Positions 7,095 through 10,137 of a stretch of 10,137 nt of DNA are shown here, piece by piece (positions within the stretch are counted from its first letter, which is position 1; each line of letters starts with the position of its first letter). The DNA is taken from assembly GCF_006345805.1 (NCBI RefSeq), contig NW_021827762.1, positions 1 to 10,137 of the forward strand, written 5' to 3'. Both the position numbers and the translations under genes were made by a program. This DNA is from Octopus sinensis. Lineage: Eukaryota. A model generated the notes under the pieces. The model did not search any database, was not told the DNA's origin, and saw nothing but the letters and a program-made list of their open reading frames with translations.

Positions 7095-7625
7095 TGCTAT
7101 GTATATATATATGTATACATATGTTTAAATAAGAATATATACGTGTGTGTATATAGATATATTTGTGTATATATATGTATATACATTCATATATATAAGT
7201 ATATAGTTATATATATATATACATGTATAGATATATATAGGTATATGTAAATATATAAGTATATACATACATATATATATGTATATATAAGTATATACAT
7301 ACATATATATATGCATATACATACATATATATATGTACATAATTTATATATATATACATATATACATGCATAAATATAAATATATATGTACATGTAAATA
7401 TATACGTAAATATAAATATAAATATATACGTGTGTGTATATACATATATCTGTGTATATATGTATGTACATATATATGTTTACACACACACGCTTATCAT
7501 ATATTCATATATGTATCTAGCTATCTATAGTTGTGTGTGTGTGTATCTATATCATGTCCTCAATATATATTTGTGTGCATGTGCATATTTATATACATGC
7601 GCACAGAAGTATTACATACACCATT
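7095..7625. repeat. Degenerate (TA)n/(TACA)n/(TG)n microsatellite field
   Basis: Direct inspection; source of several YIYI ORFs. Confidence 0.92.
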
Positions 7626-8280
7626 TAATCATATAAAGATTAAATAGGTTTTTATAGAGAAAACCAAATCCATCGTGAAGAGATACACATGTTAATATCT
7701 AACAGAACAAGACATTATATTCTTTTTTATTTCCTCGTATGTACATATATGTGGACCTAAATGTATAAGCTCGTGTCTGTACGAACATATTTTCAAGCAT
7801 GCTGTTTTACAGTTACATCGTTAGAAAATTGATTTACAATAGATGCAGAGGTTGCAATAGTCGTTGACAGTAGTTGTTGAATTAATACAAAGAGTACTCG
7901 GGGAGTTAAAAAAAAATATTACGTATTCAGTATCTCACATAATTTTCTATCTCTTTACAGTCTGTAGTTTCGAAGATCAAAGATAGCTAAATAGCTAATA
8001 TGGCTATTTCGTTGGTACGGCTTGAAAAATGAACAGAGAATTGTATAATGGCCGTTGAAGAGAAATATATAAATAAATATATATATAAACAGAGTATCGA
8101 GGAGGGATATATATTCGTTTATGTGATTTTTCTAATTAAATCACGTTAAAAGCGCTGGGTGGAGGGTGGAAAGTAAATTTCGTCTCTTGTGCAGTCTTTA
8201 TGAACACAATAGTTTTGAATGTTTTATATAATATCAGAGAAAGTTATTGTCATATCTATACATAAGTGCGTGCGAGCCGT

Positions 8281-8789
<509 letters not shown>

Positions 8790-8809
8790 CCGAGGGAGTG
8801 GAAGATAGA

Positions 8810-9123
8810 TTTATGCATACATACGTGCAAGCGTACATATATATATATGCATGTGTGTTTATAAGAAAAAAGTACATTTTACATATATATATATATATAT
8901 CTGTCGTGTGTGTGCGCGCATGTATACGTAAATGTGCATATATTGCATGTATACATTTCTTATCACTGTATATATGCTTATGTGTAAATACATATTCGTA
9001 TTTGTGTACGTATTAGTGTATAAATATACACACATATAAATATCCACAGATACATAGACATATAAATGGCTAACATATGTATATTATTAGGTATGTTGAA
9101 ATATATGAATTCACACGGCGCAT

Positions 9124-9209
<86 letters not shown>

Positions 9210-9280
9210 ATTATACGTCTTTCACTTTCTGTGTCCGTGCATATCCGCGTGTATATCTATAATATACATATATATATATA

Positions 9281-9336
<56 letters not shown>

Positions 9337-9585
9337 TAAGCCTATATGCACATAGATGTGGTGTGTATGTGCATGAATACAGACAGACAGATAGATAAAT
9401 AGATAGATAGATAGAAAGATTGCTACGTTTCTTCATATATATACACTCAAACATGTGCGCACCAATACACACATACGCTCATACATAAATATCCATGTGC
9501 ACATAATCTTCTTTGCACATACGCACATTCACACATACACACACACACATACATGCACGTGAGCATGCGCTTGCGCGTACACATA
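8810..9585. repeat. Compound TA/TG/CA/TAGA microsatellite field
   Basis: (TA)n at 9127-9333, (CAGA/TAGA)n at 9380-9420, CA-rich at 9440-9585. Confidence 0.9.
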
Positions 9586-10137
9586 TTCTCATCTAACCAC
9601 ATCGCTTCGCAAGACGTTGATTCGCTGATTCGCTGTCACAAACAAAAGACTTGGCTTCGGCTTCAGTCTGCAGCGATTAGGAAGTGACCTGGAAACGTAT
9701 ATTGGATTCGATCCAAAGACAAAGAGACTTGATCCCAAAACTAACCTCAGCCTTAATTGGTCAACATTGAACTGTACCACTTTCATCTTGAAATACCCGA
9801 GGAACCTTTCAAGCAAATAAATGAAGAGGCTCTCCTCTCTTACTGTAATGGTTTATTGGCACAACATCAAGATACGGAAACATAAAAGGGGGAAAATATG
9901 AATCAAATAGGTATAACAGGGAAATTATGTGACTAGCGATATGGTATACGTCATGGTACATTGACATATATCAAGTATAAATCTCTCAGGCAATTAATTT
10001 ACTCGTTTTATCTGATGATTCGGCTTTTCCTCATGGCCGCTGATCGTATCAATTCACTTTATATCACTTACAAACTCTGTTTTGTAAGTGTGTTGAGTAA
10101 TTGGTAATGTTAGTACATGCCGACTGCCAAGATTTAA

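Noticed and set aside
9895-9940. NMNQIGITGKLCD* resembling the CR1-type RT 'LGITGKL..W' motif
   Set aside because: The expected upstream DFxKAFD motif is absent in all three frames; too short to support.
10012-10050. CTGATGA followed by a CGGC/GCCG stem on plus
   Set aside because: No downstream GAAA or stem III.

Overview
Eukaryotic, AT-rich, repeat-dense, non-coding window. The repeat families look like those I recall from octopus (coleoid cephalopod) genomes; this is recall, not a database result. Roughly a third or more is (TA)n/(CA)n/(TACA)n microsatellite, which explains all the YIYI/HTHT ORFs. Recognisable elements are a ~336-bp fold-back MITE (75-410), four tRNA-derived SINE copies or fragments (all minus strand), and a 5'-truncated, dead RTE-clade LINE (2334-4260, minus) with RT motifs, a degenerate PHD-like finger, a ~65-bp x3 repeat 3'UTR and an (ATG)n tail. 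The most notable unannotated signal is a complete type I hammerhead ribozyme motif on the minus strand (~991-1082). It sits in a ~270-bp island between TA runs and has the palindromic stem III and adjacent AATAAA typical of Penelope-like retroelement (PLE) or retrozyme hammerheads. No intact protein-coding gene is supported.
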